A stretch of 64,000 bases of DNA from an uncultured Candidatus Saccharibacteria bacterium. Lineage in GTDB: Bacteria; Patescibacteriota; Minisyncoccia; Minisyncoccales; CAYZYK01. A program made the position numbers and the translations under genes. Numbering within the stretch: position 1 is the stretch's first letter; the number at the start of each line of letters is the position of its first letter. The notes beneath the pieces are model-generated. The model searched no databases, was not told the origin of the DNA, and saw only the letters and a list, made by a program, of their open reading frames with translations. Below are positions 63,709 through 64,000 of this stretch, one piece after another. The DNA lies in NCBI GenBank assembly GCA_964507665.1, contig CAZDPT010000003.1, positions 3,210 through 67,209 on the forward strand, in the 5' to 3' direction.

Positions 63709-64000
63709 TTACTTTGTTATTTCAGTAACAACTCCTGTTCCTACAGTCTTACCACCTTCTCTGATAGCAAATCTTTGTTTTTCCTCCAAAGCAATAGAAC
63801 CAATCAATTTCACCTTTATATTAGTAGTATCACCTGGCATAACCATCTCAGTTCCTTCAGGAAGCGTAACTTCTCCTGTAATATCAGTAGTTCTGATATA
63901 AAATTGGGGTTTGTAACCAGAAAAGAAAGGAGTGTGGCGACCACCTTCCTCTTTAGTTAAAACATAAATTTCTGCCCCAAATTCAGAATGGGGAGTAATT
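63709..64000 (-). CDS. tuf: elongation factor Tu, C-terminal fragment (continues beyond the window)
   Basis: Hand translation of the minus strand ends ...[14 protein letters not shown] then a stop at 63709-63711. Domain-3-like sequence lies upstream. Confidence 0.85.
   Translation of the reverse strand, partial: ITPHSEFGAEIYVLTKEEGGRHTPFFSGYKPQFYIRTTDITGEVTLPEGTEMVMPGDTTNIKVKLIGSIALEEKQRFAIREGGKTVGTGVVTEITK

Noticed and set aside
1-64000. Search for CRISPR arrays, transposases/IS ends, integrases, rRNA genes, and recoded stop codons (UGA-as-Gly).
   Set aside because: I noticed no direct-repeat/spacer periodicity, no transposase or integrase motifs, and no rRNA-like conserved blocks. All conserved genes are full length under the standard code with TGA, TAA and TAG used as stops. 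The intein is the only mobile element I can support.

Overview
This is a gene-dense 64-kb fragment at about 30% G+C, with long ORFs that are uninterrupted under the standard bacterial code. Almost every gene is on the minus strand. The content reads like a small-genome Candidate Phyla Radiation (Parcubacteria-like) bacterium; that placement is inference, since no database search was possible. I base it on the absence of L30, the absence of rplA after rplK, the near absence of Shine-Dalgarno sites, trimmed aminoacyl-tRNA synthetases, and Lys-rich tails on many ribosomal proteins.

Gene content, left to right:
- 1-4576: a 5'-truncated hypothetical protein, a small compositionally odd two-ORF module, and a CapA-like gene coupled to a membrane protein.
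- 4646-15759: rnhB, dnaE, thrS, a 532-aa membrane protein, miaB, miaA and gatB.
- 15777-19454: a dTMP cluster (deoC, tmk, a ThyA-like gene, an MtrA-like/DUF4346-like gene, dcd).
- 19493-27552: rplK, nusG, secE, an intein-containing gyrB, pheT and pheS.
- 27707-28015: three tRNA genes.
- 28079-40675: gatA, gatC, two mreB paralogs, proS, rseP, frr, holB, murA, a PEGA/propeller-like protein, mpg and an orphan Cas4-like nuclease.
- 40691-64000: an almost complete S10-spc-alpha ribosomal protein cluster (tuf, rpsJ through rplQ, rplM, rpsI). It is interrupted between map and infA by a 6-kb block (galT, tpiA, a YkuK-like gene, a structured RNA, alaS, a membrane protein).

No CRISPR array, transposase or rRNA was seen.

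Most worth a second look:
1. A ~345-nt GC-rich pseudoknotted RNA with a perfect promoter, just upstream of alaS. It carries a built-in alternative-pairing 10-mer and I cannot assign it to any RNA family.
2. An MtrA-like (corrinoid-type) / DUF4346-like protein wedged between dcd and a short archaeal-looking thymidylate synthase. This suggests a non-canonical C1-donor route to dTMP.
3. A LAGLIDADG intein in GyrB with non-canonical splice-junction residues.
4. A rule-breaking CAT-anticodon tRNA that may be transcribed without a leader.

All product calls come from reading motifs by eye.
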